64,000 bases of DNA from Eubacteriales bacterium (GCA_045593985.1 JAZNXR010000002.1:3790-67789), one strand, 5' to 3'; numbered from the stretch's first letter, positions 43,467-51,970 are shown. Numbers and translations: made by a program. The notes: generated by a model from the sequence alone, not told the origin.

Positions 43467-44315
43467 TTATTCTCCTTTAAGATATTCGGTAAGATAGCCG
43501 ATACATTCTTCAAAACGAACTCCGTACTTGTGTTCGTCGTCGCCTATCGACTTCTTTATGCACTCTACGGTATAATCGACCGCAACGCGGATAGAATATT
43601 CAAGCGAGCGTCCGAGTGCGAGCGCGCCGCACATGGTTGAAGCGAAAACGTCGCCCGTTCCGTGGAACTTTACGGGAAGGTTTTCGTTATAGTAGGAGCA
43701 GAATTCGTCCTTGCTCTTGTCGTATGCGATAACGCCCTGTCTATCCGGCGCGCTGTCGAGCACGACACCCGTCATCGCCGCAACGTTTGCGCCGAGATCG
43801 GAAAGCTTTTTAAGAATGTCCTTTATGTATTCCTCGGAATAAGGGCCTTCCTTGTATTCCATTCCGAGCATGAAGCATGCCTCGGTCATATTCGGTACGA
43901 TTATGTCTGCCTGTGCGCAGAGACCTGCCATCTCTTTTGCAAACTCAGGGGTGAAGCCTGTGTAGAGCTTGCCGTTGTCAGCCATTACGGGATCAACGAA
44001 CTTGATAGCTCCGTCACCGAATTTTTCGAATATATCCTTTACTATTGCGATCTGCTCGAACGAGCCGAGATAGCCAGTCGATATCGCGTTGAATTTAAGT
44101 CCAATGCTCTCCCAATGTCTTGCGATCTTCGGAATGTCCTCTGTAAGATCGCGGTAGGTGAAGCCGGTAAAGCCACCTGTGTGTGTAGAAAGAATTGCCG
44201 TCGGAACAATACAGGTCTCGGCGCCCATTGCCGACATTATCGGAAGCGCAACCGTGAGCGAGCATTTTCCGAAGCAGGAAATGTCTTGGATCGACATTAC
44301 TCTGGTTTGGAACAT
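43467..44315 (-). CDS. pdxK: pyridoxamine/pyridoxal kinase
   Basis: IQDISCFGKCSLTVALPI start and C-terminal GTGDVFAS ribokinase-family anion-hole motif. Start codon uncertain. Confidence 0.8.
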   Translation of the reverse strand: MFQTRVMSIQDISCFGKCSLTVALPIMSAMGAETCIVPTAILSTHTGGFTGFTYRDLTEDIPKIARHWESIGLKFNAISTGYLGSFEQIAIVKDIFEKFGDGAIKFVDPVMADNGKLYTGFTPEFAKEMAGLCAQADIIVPNMTEACFMLGMEYKEGPYSEEYIKDILKKLSDLGANVAAMTGVVLDSAPDRQGVIAYDKSKDEFCSYYNENLPVKFHGTGDVFASTMCGALALGRSLEYSIRVAVDYTVECIKKSIGDDEHKYGVRFEECIGYLTEYLKGE

Positions 44316-44349
44316 AGTATCACATGCCTTTCATTTAAATGATAACAGT

Positions 44350-44378
44350 ATTATAAAGCATCAAAGAGAGCGTGTCAA
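44350..44378 (-). promoter_or_regulatory. sigma-A promoter of pdxK-SDR
   Basis: Minus strand reads TTGACA, 17-nt spacer, TATAAT. Confidence 0.7.
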
Positions 44379-44418
44379 GAGCGCAAAAAAACTTTTTTAA
44401 AAAAATTAAAAAAAGGTG

Positions 44419-44447
44419 TTGACAAAGGAAAATCGTTGTGATATAAT
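44419..44447 (+). promoter_or_regulatory. sigma-A promoter of the tRNA cluster
   Basis: TTGACA, 17-nt spacer, TATAAT with TGTGA upstream (-16 TRTG region). Confidence 0.8.
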
Positions 44448-44481
44448 ATCAAAGTCGCGAGGCAAGTGCCCGCGCAAACAT

Positions 44482-44557
44482 GGGAGCATAGCTCAGCTGG
44501 GAGAGCATCTGCCTTACAAGCAGAGGGTCATAGGTTCGAGCCCTATTGTTCCCACCA
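44482..44557 (+). tRNA. tRNA-Val (anticodon TAC), CCA encoded
   Basis: Cloverleaf folded by hand: acceptor GGGAGCA/TGTTCCC, anticodon loop CTTACAA, T-loop TTCGAGC. Confidence 0.9.
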
Positions 44558-44561
44558 TCAC

Positions 44562-44638
44562 GGCCCGGTAGTTCAGTTGGTTAGAACGCTAGCCTGTCAC
44601 GCTAGAGGTCAGGGGTTCGAGTCCCCTTCGGGTCGCCA
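44562..44638 (+). tRNA. tRNA-Asp (anticodon GTC), CCA encoded
   Basis: Acceptor GGCCCGG/TCGGGTC, anticodon loop CTGTCAC, T-loop TTCGAGT. Confidence 0.9.
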
Positions 44639-44683
44639 CTTTTATTTTCGGCATTCTGCCAAGCTTATTGAGTTGCCGAATAT

Positions 44684-44759
44684 GCCTCGATAGCTCAGTT
44701 GGTAGAGCAGTAGACTGAAAATCTACGTGTCGTTGGTTCAATTCCGACTCGAGGCACCA
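44684..44759 (+). tRNA. tRNA-Phe (anticodon GAA), CCA encoded
   Basis: Acceptor GCCTCGA/TCGAGGC, anticodon loop CTGAAAA, T-loop TTCAATT. Confidence 0.9.
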
Positions 44760-44803
44760 AAAAAGAATAAGTGTGTATCGCAGCCACGCGGTACATACGG
44801 TAT

Positions 44804-44879
44804 GCGGATTTAGCTCATTTGGTAGAGCGCCACCTTGCCAAGGTGGAGGTGGCGGGTTCGAGCCCCGTAATCCGCTCCA
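44804..44879 (+). tRNA. tRNA-Gly (anticodon GCC), CCA encoded
   Basis: Acceptor GCGGATT/AATCCGC, anticodon loop TTGCCAA, T-loop TTCGAGC. Confidence 0.9.
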
Positions 44880-44881
44880 AC

Positions 44882-44922
44882 AAAAAAGCCTAATTTGTCT
44901 ACTTGACAAATTAGGCTTTTTT
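44882..44922 (+). terminator. rho-independent terminator of the tRNA operon
   Basis: A6, GCCTAATTTGTC-TACTT-GACAAATTAGGC, T6. Confidence 0.9.
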
Positions 44923-45075
44923 GAATGATGTTTGCCTTCGACAAATGATGTCGTTTCACTAATGATGCCGCTGACGCTAATGATGTCGGCTTCGCCTAAT
45001 GTTTTGCGGCAAACATCGCATCATTGCGAGTGAAACGAGCAACATCATTATGCGGAGCATAACATCATATCGCCG
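44923..45075. repeat. R4 array: AATGATG-headed units (17-20 nt period) followed by CATCAT(T)-tailed units
   Basis: AATGATG at 44924, 44944, 44961, 44979 (and AATGTTT at 44998). CATCATT at 45019 and 45043, CATCAT at 45063. Confidence 0.7.
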
Positions 45076-45168
45076 TAGGCGATGCCTATTTAATCAAGGC
45101 AAAACGAAAGTAGAATACTTTTACTTACTTTTACCTTGGTTCTGCTCCGTTTGGTTACTCTTTCGCAG

Positions 45169-45198
45169 AAAAAAGCAAGTCGAAAGACTTGCTTTTTT
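45169..45198. terminator. orphan bidirectional terminator-like hairpin
   Basis: A6, GCAAGTC-GAAA-GACTTGC, T6. No ORF on either side. Confidence 0.7.
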
Positions 45199-45286
45199 CA
45201 ATGATATCCGCCCTTCGGTCGGAATAAATCATCTTCGATGATGAAATCACCTTCGGTGATGAGATCCGTCGGGGCGACGGATGAGG
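45199..45286 (+). repeat. string of small hairpins related to R4/R2b (ends in GGATGAGG)
   Basis: ATCAC-CTTCG-GTGAT and ATCCGTC-GGGGC-GACGGAT, with GATGA motifs between. Confidence 0.5.
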
Positions 45287-45365
45287 TTTTCATTCATTTG
45301 TTAAACATCTTTTTGTTTTTACATATAATGTTATTACCCCAATAAAAATAATTTCTCAAAATCCA

Positions 45366-45394
45366 TTGACAAAACGGTCGCTCCGTGATATAAT
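45366..45394 (+). promoter_or_regulatory. sigma-A promoter of tRNA-Cys
   Basis: TTGACA, 17-nt spacer, TATAAT preceded by CGTGA. Confidence 0.8.
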
Positions 45395-45411
45395 ACCCAT
45401 GTTCCGAAAAC

Positions 45412-45486
45412 GGCGACATAGCCAAGTGGTAAGGCCACGGTCTGCAAAACCGTTATTCTCCAGTTCAAATCTGGATGTCGCCTCCA
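45412..45486 (+). tRNA. tRNA-Cys (anticodon GCA), CCA encoded
   Basis: Acceptor GGCGACA/TGTCGCC, 3-bp D stem, anticodon loop CTGCAAA, T-loop TTCAAAT. Confidence 0.9.
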
Positions 45487-45527
45487 AAACAAAAGAGCAC
45501 CCAATTGGGTGCTCTTTTGTTTTGGAG
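45482..45527 (+). terminator. 21-bp perfect hairpin overlapping the tRNA-Cys 3' end
   Basis: CTCCAAAACAAAAGAGCACCC-AATT-GGGTGCTCTTTTGTTTTGGAG. The left arm starts with the tRNA's CTCCA. Confidence 0.7.
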
Positions 45528-45541
45528 ATGATACCGATAGG

Positions 45542-45782
45542 TTTGAACTGCAGCGCGAAAGCGCGGCAGTTCAAATTTGAAAGCTAAGCGAAAACGATTG
45601 ATTATCGTTTTCGCAACGCTTTACACCGCAAAGCAAGGAGTATGCCAAGCCGAGCGTATCGAGGCGAAGGCAGACGACTATGCGACCGGCGAGTTATGGA
45701 GCCTCCAAAAAAGTCCTGCACGCTTTCGTGAACGGGATTTTTGGCGAGTAATAAGTAAGGTAGCTTTTCACCAGCGAAAAGC
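45542..45782 (+). other. series of strong hairpins in a spacer with no ORF (candidate structured RNA or repeat relics)
   Basis: 45542-45575 (14 bp with one bulge, GAAA loop), 45588-45614 (11 bp), 45618-45634, 45705-45744, 45763-45782. Confidence 0.4.
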
Positions 45783-45794
45783 GTTTTATTATAG

Positions 45795-45823
45795 TTGACT
45801 ATTAAGGAGTTTTGAGATATAAT
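45795..45823 (+). promoter_or_regulatory. sigma-A promoter of the small membrane protein gene
   Basis: TTGACT, 17-nt spacer, TATAAT. Confidence 0.65.
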
Positions 45824-45847
45824 AAAATCTGGAAGGACGGTGAAAAA

Positions 45848-46183
45848 ATGAAAAAACACACATTTTTATTCTCTCTGCTTTTTGCCGTTGCATACGCATT
45901 GTTACTGAGTCTTGGGACGGAATGTCTGTTCAAGTGTCTGGGATCGATTACCGGCACCGCAATGGGAGGCTTTTTTCCGAATTTGTATTGGTTTTCATTC
46001 ATTCTCGGTATTCTTTGCACAGCTGCACTTATTTTTACTGTGATATTTAATTACAACGTATCCGACAAATTGGGATACAATAAATATATATGGTGGCTGC
46101 AATCTTTTGCCGCTGCGGTCATTGCATTCTTTATGGTCGAGCCGTGGCAACGGCTCTTCGACTTCCTGCAAGAAACCTTATAA
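45848..46183 (+). CDS. small multi-pass membrane protein, hypothetical
   Basis: MKKHTFLF start and 3-4 hydrophobic helices. AT-richer than the neighbours. A terminator follows. Confidence 0.6.
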   Translation: MKKHTFLFSLLFAVAYALLLSLGTECLFKCLGSITGTAMGGFFPNLYWFSFILGILCTAALIFTVIFNYNVSDKLGYNKYIWWLQSFAAAVIAFFMVEPWQRLFDFLQETL

Positions 46184-46189
46184 ATAAGT

Positions 46190-46223
46190 AAGCTCCGAGA
46201 GCATCGCTCTCGGAGCTTTTCTT
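46190..46223. terminator. bidirectional rho-independent terminator
   Basis: AAGCTCCGAGAGC-ATC-GCTCTCGGAGCTT, 13-bp stem, between convergent genes. Confidence 0.85.
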
Positions 46224-47081
46224 TTACTGAACTGTTCCCGTGATAATGAGAACTGCTTCTCCGGGATCTGTGGTATAGGCGCCGGTTGCGGGATCGACAG
46301 TGAAGGTCGCCGCATCAACGGTGATTCGACCGGGCACGGTTGCAAATTCGCCAGTGCTTTCGTTATAGGTGTAATCCACGCCCTCTGTGAGAGCTACGCC
46401 GTTTAAGGTAACGGACGTGATATTGAGGACAGGATCGAATACGTCGCTTACGCTGATATTATCGGTTGTCTCTGCTGCACCGTTACCGCTGTTGGTAACT
46501 GTTACGGTGTAGGTCAGAGGTGCGTTTGCGGTAACGGCATCGGGAGATATCTCCTTGATTACCGAAAGAAGCGGGCCGCTCTCGGCTGTAACCGTTTCAC
46601 TTACGCTTATCGGAGTGGAAATGCCTGCGCCGCTCACCGTTGCGGTATTTACTATCGTGCCGTCAACGCTCGGAGGGGCAAAGCTCGTTGCATCCGCCGT
46701 ATAGACGAGAACGGCATTGCCGCCTGCGGGAACGGTAATTCCCGTTACGACAAGGGGCTGAGTTGACGCCACGGTGACGGGGCCGCTCGGAACGCCGTTA
46801 ACGAAAAGCTGAGCCGAGCCTTCACGGTATGCGAGCGGAAATACGGTGTTCGTTCCGAACTCGTAGGCGCCGAGATCGTCGGTCACGGTTAATGCCGGCG
46901 ACGGCGCATCGGAAAGATTCGTCAGTCCTATGACGTAGGTTATACCGTCCCCCTCACGGTAGGTATCGGTCGTTGCCGTCTTGGTCGCATTTATCGCCTC
47001 GAGCAGCTCGCCCGAAACGATATTCGAGGCTACCGTTCCACCCGAGTAGGTCAGAGTCGCCTGGTTAAAAAAGATTGCCAT
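46224..47081 (-). CDS. leaderless T/V/G-rich protein with two Ig-like conserved repeat (DUF11/TIGR01451-like) domains
   Basis: Strong SD AGGAGGAA. Two roughly 130-aa repeats with the pattern K.A....Y..GD.ITY.I..TN.G. No signal peptide. Confidence 0.65.
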   Translation of the reverse strand: MAIFFNQATLTYSGGTVASNIVSGELLEAINATKTATTDTYREGDGITYVIGLTNLSDAPSPALTVTDDLGAYEFGTNTVFPLAYREGSAQLFVNGVPSGPVTVASTQPLVVTGITVPAGGNAVLVYTADATSFAPPSVDGTIVNTATVSGAGISTPISVSETVTAESGPLLSVIKEISPDAVTANAPLTYTVTVTNSGNGAAETTDNISVSDVFDPVLNITSVTLNGVALTEGVDYTYNESTGEFATVPGRITVDAATFTVDPATGAYTTDPGEAVLIITGTVQ

Positions 47082-47184
47082 TTTGTTCCTCCTGTGTTTT
47101 CATTCTAACGAGGAGCATCTCTCCTCAAGGGCAGTATATGAATATTGCGGCAAAGTGACAAAGCGCTATTTTTTCTCTATTCTA

Positions 47185-47213
47185 TTGTATTTGATAAAGA
47201 ATCGTGATATAAT
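47185..47213 (+). promoter_or_regulatory. sigma-A promoter of the metF-metH-cysK operon
   Basis: TTGTAT, 17-nt spacer, TATAAT preceded by CGTGA. Confidence 0.6.
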
Positions 47214-47245
47214 AACTTTATCTTACTAAAATGGGGTGCTATTTA

Positions 47246-48106
47246 ATGAAGGTAACAGATATAATAAAAGGCTCGAAGCCGAGCCTTTCCTTTGAGGTCT
47301 TCCCACCAAAAACGACGGAGAATTTTAATTCCGTAATGTCGGCAGCATCCGAGATTGCCTCTCTTTCCCCGTCATACATAAGCGTAACCTACGGTGCAGG
47401 CGGAACGACAGCCTCATATACTGCGGAGATCGCAGAGAAAATCAATTGCCTCGGCGTGACTCCCGTTGCGCATTTGACCTGCGTTAACGCAACGAGGGAA
47501 AGCATCACCCAAAAGCTTACCGATCTGCGCTCCCGAGGAATTGAGAATATTCTTGCTCTCAGAGGTGACCTACCTGAGGGAATCACCCCCAACGCGCTGA
47601 CGTATAAATACGCATCCGATCTCGTTTCTGAAATAAAGGCCTTCGGCTCCTTTTGCATCGGCGGCGCATGCTATCCCGAATGTCATCCCGAAAGCGAGAA
47701 TAGCTCGGCGGATATTGAAGGTCTTAAAAGAAAGGTCGAAAACGGCTGTGAGTACCTGACGACACAGATGTTTTTTGATAACAACATTCTCTATAATTTC
47801 ATGTATCGCCTGCTTCGTGCGGGAGTTGACGTGCCTGTTGTGGCGGGAATTATGCCCGTTACAAGCGCAAGTCAGATCAAGAGAATTTGCTCGATTTCAA
47901 AAAACGCCCTTCCGCAGAGATTCCTGCGGATCGTTGACCGTTACGGCGACAATCCATCTGCAATGCGTCAGGCAGGTATTGCTTTTGCGACGGAGCAGAT
48001 CATCGATCTTTACGCAAACGGCGTAAACGCCGTCCACGTCTACTCAATGAATAAGCCGGACATTGCTTCTGCAATTCAGAAAAACGTAAGCGAGATCATA
48101 AAATGA
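47246..48106 (+). CDS. metF: methylenetetrahydrofolate reductase
   Basis: SFEVFPPKT, VTYGAGG, HLTC, ALRGD motifs. Start moved to MKVTD. Confidence 0.9.
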   Translation: MKVTDIIKGSKPSLSFEVFPPKTTENFNSVMSAASEIASLSPSYISVTYGAGGTTASYTAEIAEKINCLGVTPVAHLTCVNATRESITQKLTDLRSRGIENILALRGDLPEGITPNALTYKYASDLVSEIKAFGSFCIGGACYPECHPESENSSADIEGLKRKVENGCEYLTTQMFFDNNILYNFMYRLLRAGVDVPVVAGIMPVTSASQIKRICSISKNALPQRFLRIVDRYGDNPSAMRQAGIAFATEQIIDLYANGVNAVHVYSMNKPDIASAIQKNVSEIIK

Positions 48107-48669
48107 CAACCTATGGAAAGCTCGCAGCTCCGAAAATAAGCGAAACCGAGCTTCGCGCTCGGCTCGGCTGTCCTACCGAGAGCGTTATATTGATCCCGAA
48201 ATGCAAAGAGGAGCTTGATAAGCAAGCTTCCGTGCGCTATGTCAGCAGAATTTGCGACATTCGGCATGGCGAAAACGGCATCGACCTCGGATTCGGGGAA
48301 ATAAACTCCTTTATGCTTTCAAAAAATCTTGAGGGATGCAAGAGGGCGGCGGTATTTGCCGTCACGCTCGGAAGCGGTGTGGACAGACTGCTTATCAAGC
48401 TCGGCAAATTAAATCCGTCCGAGGCGTTCGTTGCCGATGCGATTGCATCTGCCTTGGCGGAGGCGGCTTGTGACGAGGCGGAAACGGTTATATTTGATGG
48501 GAAAAGCCATACAAACCGAGTAAGCCCGGGCTACGGCGATTTGCCGCTTGAGCTTCAAAGACCGCTTCTTTCCTTTCTCGATGCCGAAAAAGCCGCAGGC
48601 ATCACTCTGTCCCCGTCGCTTCTTATGACACCGACAAAATCAATTACAGCAATAGCCGGAATAAAATAA
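48103..48669 (+). CDS. methionine synthase activation (reactivation/AdoMet-binding) domain protein, stand-alone
   Basis: SPGYGDLPLE..LL.L and MTPTKS segments typical of the MetH C-terminal activation domain. Confidence 0.75.
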   Translation: MTTYGKLAAPKISETELRARLGCPTESVILIPKCKEELDKQASVRYVSRICDIRHGENGIDLGFGEINSFMLSKNLEGCKRAAVFAVTLGSGVDRLLIKLGKLNPSEAFVADAIASALAEAACDEAETVIFDGKSHTNRVSPGYGDLPLELQRPLLSFLDAEKAAGITLSPSLLMTPTKSITAIAGIK

Positions 48670-51020
48670 TGAAAATTTTTAAAAACGACCTGAAAAGCAA
48701 AATACTCTTTTTCGACGGCGGCACAGGCACCGTCCTGCAATCGCTCTGCCTTGCGCCGGGTGAAGCTCCCGAAACCTGGAGTATAACGAACCGAAGCAAA
48801 ATAGTTGCTCTCCATTCTGCCTATCTTAAGGCGGGGGCAAACATAATAAAGGCAAACACCTTCGGTATCAATCCGCTTAAATACGATAACTATGCCGAGC
48901 TGATCTCGGCATCGCTTTCCTGCGCCCGTGAGGCGCTTAACGATTATCCCGATGCTTATCTTGCCTACGACCTTGGGCCTCTCGGACGGCTGCTTGAGCC
49001 GCTCGGAGATTTGCCGTTTGAGGATGCGGTAAAGGCTTTCTCCTCCTGCCTGAAATTGGCAAAGGAGGGTGGGTGTGACCTTATTCTCATTGAAACGATG
49101 TCCGACAGCTACGAAACCAAGGCGGCGGTAATTGCCGCAAGGGAGACGACTGACCTGCCGATAGTCGTAACGAACGCCTACGGTGAGGACGGAAAGGTAA
49201 TGACGGGCGCAGATGCCGAAACGATGTGCGCCCTTCTTGAGGGGCTTCGTGTTGATGCGCTCGGCGCAAACTGCTCGTTCGGCCCTGATATGATGCTTCC
49301 GATAGCCGAAAGGTTTCTTTCATATTCCTCCACCCCGATAGCTATGAATCCCAATGCAGGACTGCCTTCGGTTGTAGACGGTAAGACTGTATATTCTACT
49401 TCACCTGCCGAGTTCGCAAAGTATATTCGCCAAATGGCGGAAATGGGCGTAACACTTCTCGGTGGCTGCTGCGGAACGACTCCCGAGCATATTGCGGAGG
49501 CGGTGAAGGCGGTAAAGGACGTTTCCTTTGTCTATCCGAAAAAGAAAGGCACAACCGTCGTTTCCTCTTATGCAAGGACGGTAACGGTAGGAAATGATCC
49601 GATTCTTATCGGTGAAAGAATAAATCCCACGGGCAAGCCGAAATTAAAGGCGGCGCTTCGTGAGGGCGATATCGGTTACCTGCTTCTTGAAGCAAGCAGG
49701 GAAGAGGAGGCGGGCGCACATATTCTTGACGTAAACGTAGGGCTTCCCGATATTGACGAAGCGGAAATTATGGAAAGGGCAGTAAAGGAGCTTCAAAGCG
49801 TAACTGCGCTTCCCCTCCAGCTTGATTCCTCCGATCCGAATGTGCTTTGCCGTGCAATGCGAATATATAACGGCAAGCCGCTTGTAAATTCGGTAAACGG
49901 CGAAAGGGCGAAAATGGATGCTGTTTTCCCCCTCGTCAAAAAGTACGGCGGCACTGTCGTTGCTCTCACAATGGACGAAAACGGCATACCGGGCAGTGCT
50001 GACGGCAGGGCGGAAATTGCGCTGAAAATTGCCGCCGAAGCAGAAAAATACGGCATCGATAAAAAGGATATAATCGTCGATCCTCTTGCTCTTTCGGTTT
50101 CTGCCGATAAGGATAGCGCAAGAGTTACTCTCGATGCGGTAAGAAAAATTACCGCACTCGGCTTCCGTACAGTCCTCGGCGTATCGAATATTTCCTTCGG
50201 ACTTCCCGAGCGTGACAGGATAAATTCATCGTTCTTTGCCCTTGCTCTTGAAAATGGGCTTTCAAGTGCGATAATGAATCCCTTCTCTGCGGCTATGCTC
50301 AATACCTATTACTCCTTCAGGGTGCTGAACGGTCTTGATAACGGTTGTATCGACTACATTTCCTACGCAGATAAAACGAAGGTTGAATCAGAAGCCAAGC
50401 CCCAAGCCGACCTGACTCTTTCCTATTGCATACTGAAGGGAATGGCAAAGGAGGCGACCGAGCTTGCATCGAAGATCACCTCCGATCCCCTCGGCGTAAT
50501 AAACCGTGAGATCATACCTGCCCTGAACGAGATCGGAGCGCAGTTTGAAGAAAAGAAGGCGTATCTGCCCCAGCTTCTCATGAGTGCAGATGCGGCAAGC
50601 GGAGCAATATCGGAGCTGAAACGCCTGATGCCGAGCTCCTCCGAGAACAGCCGTCGAGCCGTGATCTTGGCTACCGTCAAGGGCGATATTCACGATATAG
50701 GCAAGAATATCGTCAAGGTGCTTCTCGAAAGCTACGGCTTCAAGGTGTATGACCTCGGACGTGACGTTTCTCCCGAAGCAGTCCTTGAAGCGGTAAAAAA
50801 TACAGGCTGCAGGCTCGTAGGCCTGAGCGCACTTATGACAACGACCGTTCCGAGTATGGAAGAAACCGTTTCGCTTCTTCACTCATACGATTCGGAAATC
50901 AAGGTAATGGTCGGAGGCGCGGTGCTTAACGGGGAATATGCTAAGATGATCGGCGCTGATAAATACTCGCCCGATGCAATGGGCGCAGTAAGATTTGCCG
51001 AAGAATTTTACGGAGAATAA
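48669..51020 (+). CDS. metH: methionine synthase (Hcy S-methyltransferase, pterin-binding and B12-binding domains; no fused activation domain)
   Basis: FDGGTGT, GGCCGTTPEHI, pterin-binding VGLSNISFG-like VSNISFG, B12 motif GDIHDIGKNIV. Confidence 0.9.
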   Translation: MKIFKNDLKSKILFFDGGTGTVLQSLCLAPGEAPETWSITNRSKIVALHSAYLKAGANIIKANTFGINPLKYDNYAELISASLSCAREALNDYPDAYLAYDLGPLGRLLEPLGDLPFEDAVKAFSSCLKLAKEGGCDLILIETMSDSYETKAAVIAARETTDLPIVVTNAYGEDGKVMTGADAETMCALLEGLRVDALGANCSFGPDMMLPIAERFLSYSSTPIAMNPNAGLPSVVDGKTVYSTSPAEFAKYIRQMAEMGVTLLGGCCGTTPEHIAEAVKAVKDVSFVYPKKKGTTVVSSYARTVTVGNDPILIGERINPTGKPKLKAALREGDIGYLLLEASREEEAGAHILDVNVGLPDIDEAEIMERAVKELQSVTALPLQLDSSDPNVLCRAMRIYNGKPLVNSVNGERAKMDAVFPLVKKYGGTVVALTMDENGIPGSADGRAEIALKIAAEAEKYGIDKKDIIVDPLALSVSADKDSARVTLDAVRKITALGFRTVLGVSNISFGLPERDRINSSFFALALENGLSSAIMNPFSAAMLNTYYSFRVLNGLDNGCIDYISYADKTKVESEAKPQADLTLSYCILKGMAKEATELASKITSDPLGVINREIIPALNEIGAQFEEKKAYLPQLLMSADAASGAISELKRLMPSSSENSRRAVILATVKGDIHDIGKNIVKVLLESYGFKVYDLGRDVSPEAVLEAVKNTGCRLVGLSALMTTTVPSMEETVSLLHSYDSEIKVMVGGAVLNGEYAKMIGADKYSPDAMGAVRFAEEFYGE

Positions 51021-51021
51021 T

Positions 51022-51930
51022 ATGAAAATACACGAAAGCATAGCAGATACGGTCGGCAAAACGCCGCTTGTTAAGCTATCAAGATTTTTTAGTCAAGGAA
51101 ATCTCATAGCGAAGCTCGAATCCTTCAATCCCGCAGGAAGCGCAAAGGATAGAGTTGCTGCCGAGATGATCGGGGATGCGGAGAAAAGAGGCATACTCAA
51201 AAGCGGCTCGGTCATAATAGAGCCGACAAGCGGAAACACGGGAATAGGCCTTGCCGCAGTCGGCGCATCGAAGGGCTATAAGGTGATTCTAACTATGCCC
51301 GATACTATGAGCGTCGAGCGCAGAAGGCTGCTTGCCGCTTACGGCGCAGAAATCGTTTTAACCGACGGCAAGCTCGGCATGGCAGGCGCAATTGCGGAGG
51401 CGGAGCGCATAGCGGCAGAGCATGAAAATTCCTTCATAGCAGGTCAGTTCGACAATCCCTCAAACCCCGATGCGCATTATAAAACGACAGGCCCCGAAAT
51501 TTGGGAGGATACTGACGGCAAAGTTGATATTTTCGTTGCCGGAATAGGCACGGGTGGCACTCTTTCGGGCACGGGAAAATATCTTAAAGAAAAAAATCCC
51601 GACATTAAAATAGTCGGAATCGAACCGTCCTCCTCTCCGCTTATAACCGAGGGCAAATCAGGCCCTCACGGGCTTCAGGGAATCGGCGCAAACTTCGTGC
51701 CGAAAAATTATGACGCTTCGATCTGTGACGAGGTTGTTACCGTAAGTGAGGACGATGCCTTTGCCACCGCAAGAGAGCTATCACGCAAGGAGGGGATCCT
51801 ATCGGGAATCAGCTCAGGTGCTGCCCTCTTTGCCGCATCAAGGATTGCTGCCGAAAACCCCGATAAAACGGTCGTGGTGCTTCTGCCCGACAGCGGCGAG
51901 CGCTATCTTTCAACAGGAATATTTGATTAA
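51022..51930 (+). CDS. cysK: cysteine synthase A (O-acetylserine sulfhydrylase)
   Basis: GKTPLV, NPAGSAKDR (PLP lysine), TSGNTGIGLA, GIGTGGT. Confidence 0.9.
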   Translation: MKIHESIADTVGKTPLVKLSRFFSQGNLIAKLESFNPAGSAKDRVAAEMIGDAEKRGILKSGSVIIEPTSGNTGIGLAAVGASKGYKVILTMPDTMSVERRRLLAAYGAEIVLTDGKLGMAGAIAEAERIAAEHENSFIAGQFDNPSNPDAHYKTTGPEIWEDTDGKVDIFVAGIGTGGTLSGTGKYLKEKNPDIKIVGIEPSSSPLITEGKSGPHGLQGIGANFVPKNYDASICDEVVTVSEDDAFATARELSRKEGILSGISSGAALFAASRIAAENPDKTVVVLLPDSGERYLSTGIFD

Positions 51931-51932
51931 AC

Positions 51933-51970
51933 AAAAAACCGCCCCGAAATTATCGGGGCGGTTTTATTTT
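51933..51970. terminator. bidirectional rho-independent terminator
   Basis: A-run, ACCGCCCCGA-AATTA-TCGGGGCGGT, T-run. Confidence 0.85.

Noticed and set aside
44466-44909. ORFs 44466-44693 (+) and 44589-44909 (-)
   Set aside because: They overlap four hand-folded tRNA genes, so they are not coding.
45251-45290. Hammerhead-like GTGATGAG-stem-GAGG (also GGATGAGGTG in R2b)
   Set aside because: The sequence after the stem is GAGG rather than the invariant GAAA core, no cleavage-site helix could be built, and CUGAUGA is not matched exactly.
47082-47245. SAM riboswitch or T-box leader upstream of metF
   Set aside because: The leader from the promoter to the ATG is only about 30 nt. It contains none of the conserved S-box or T-box sequence blocks that I can recognise.
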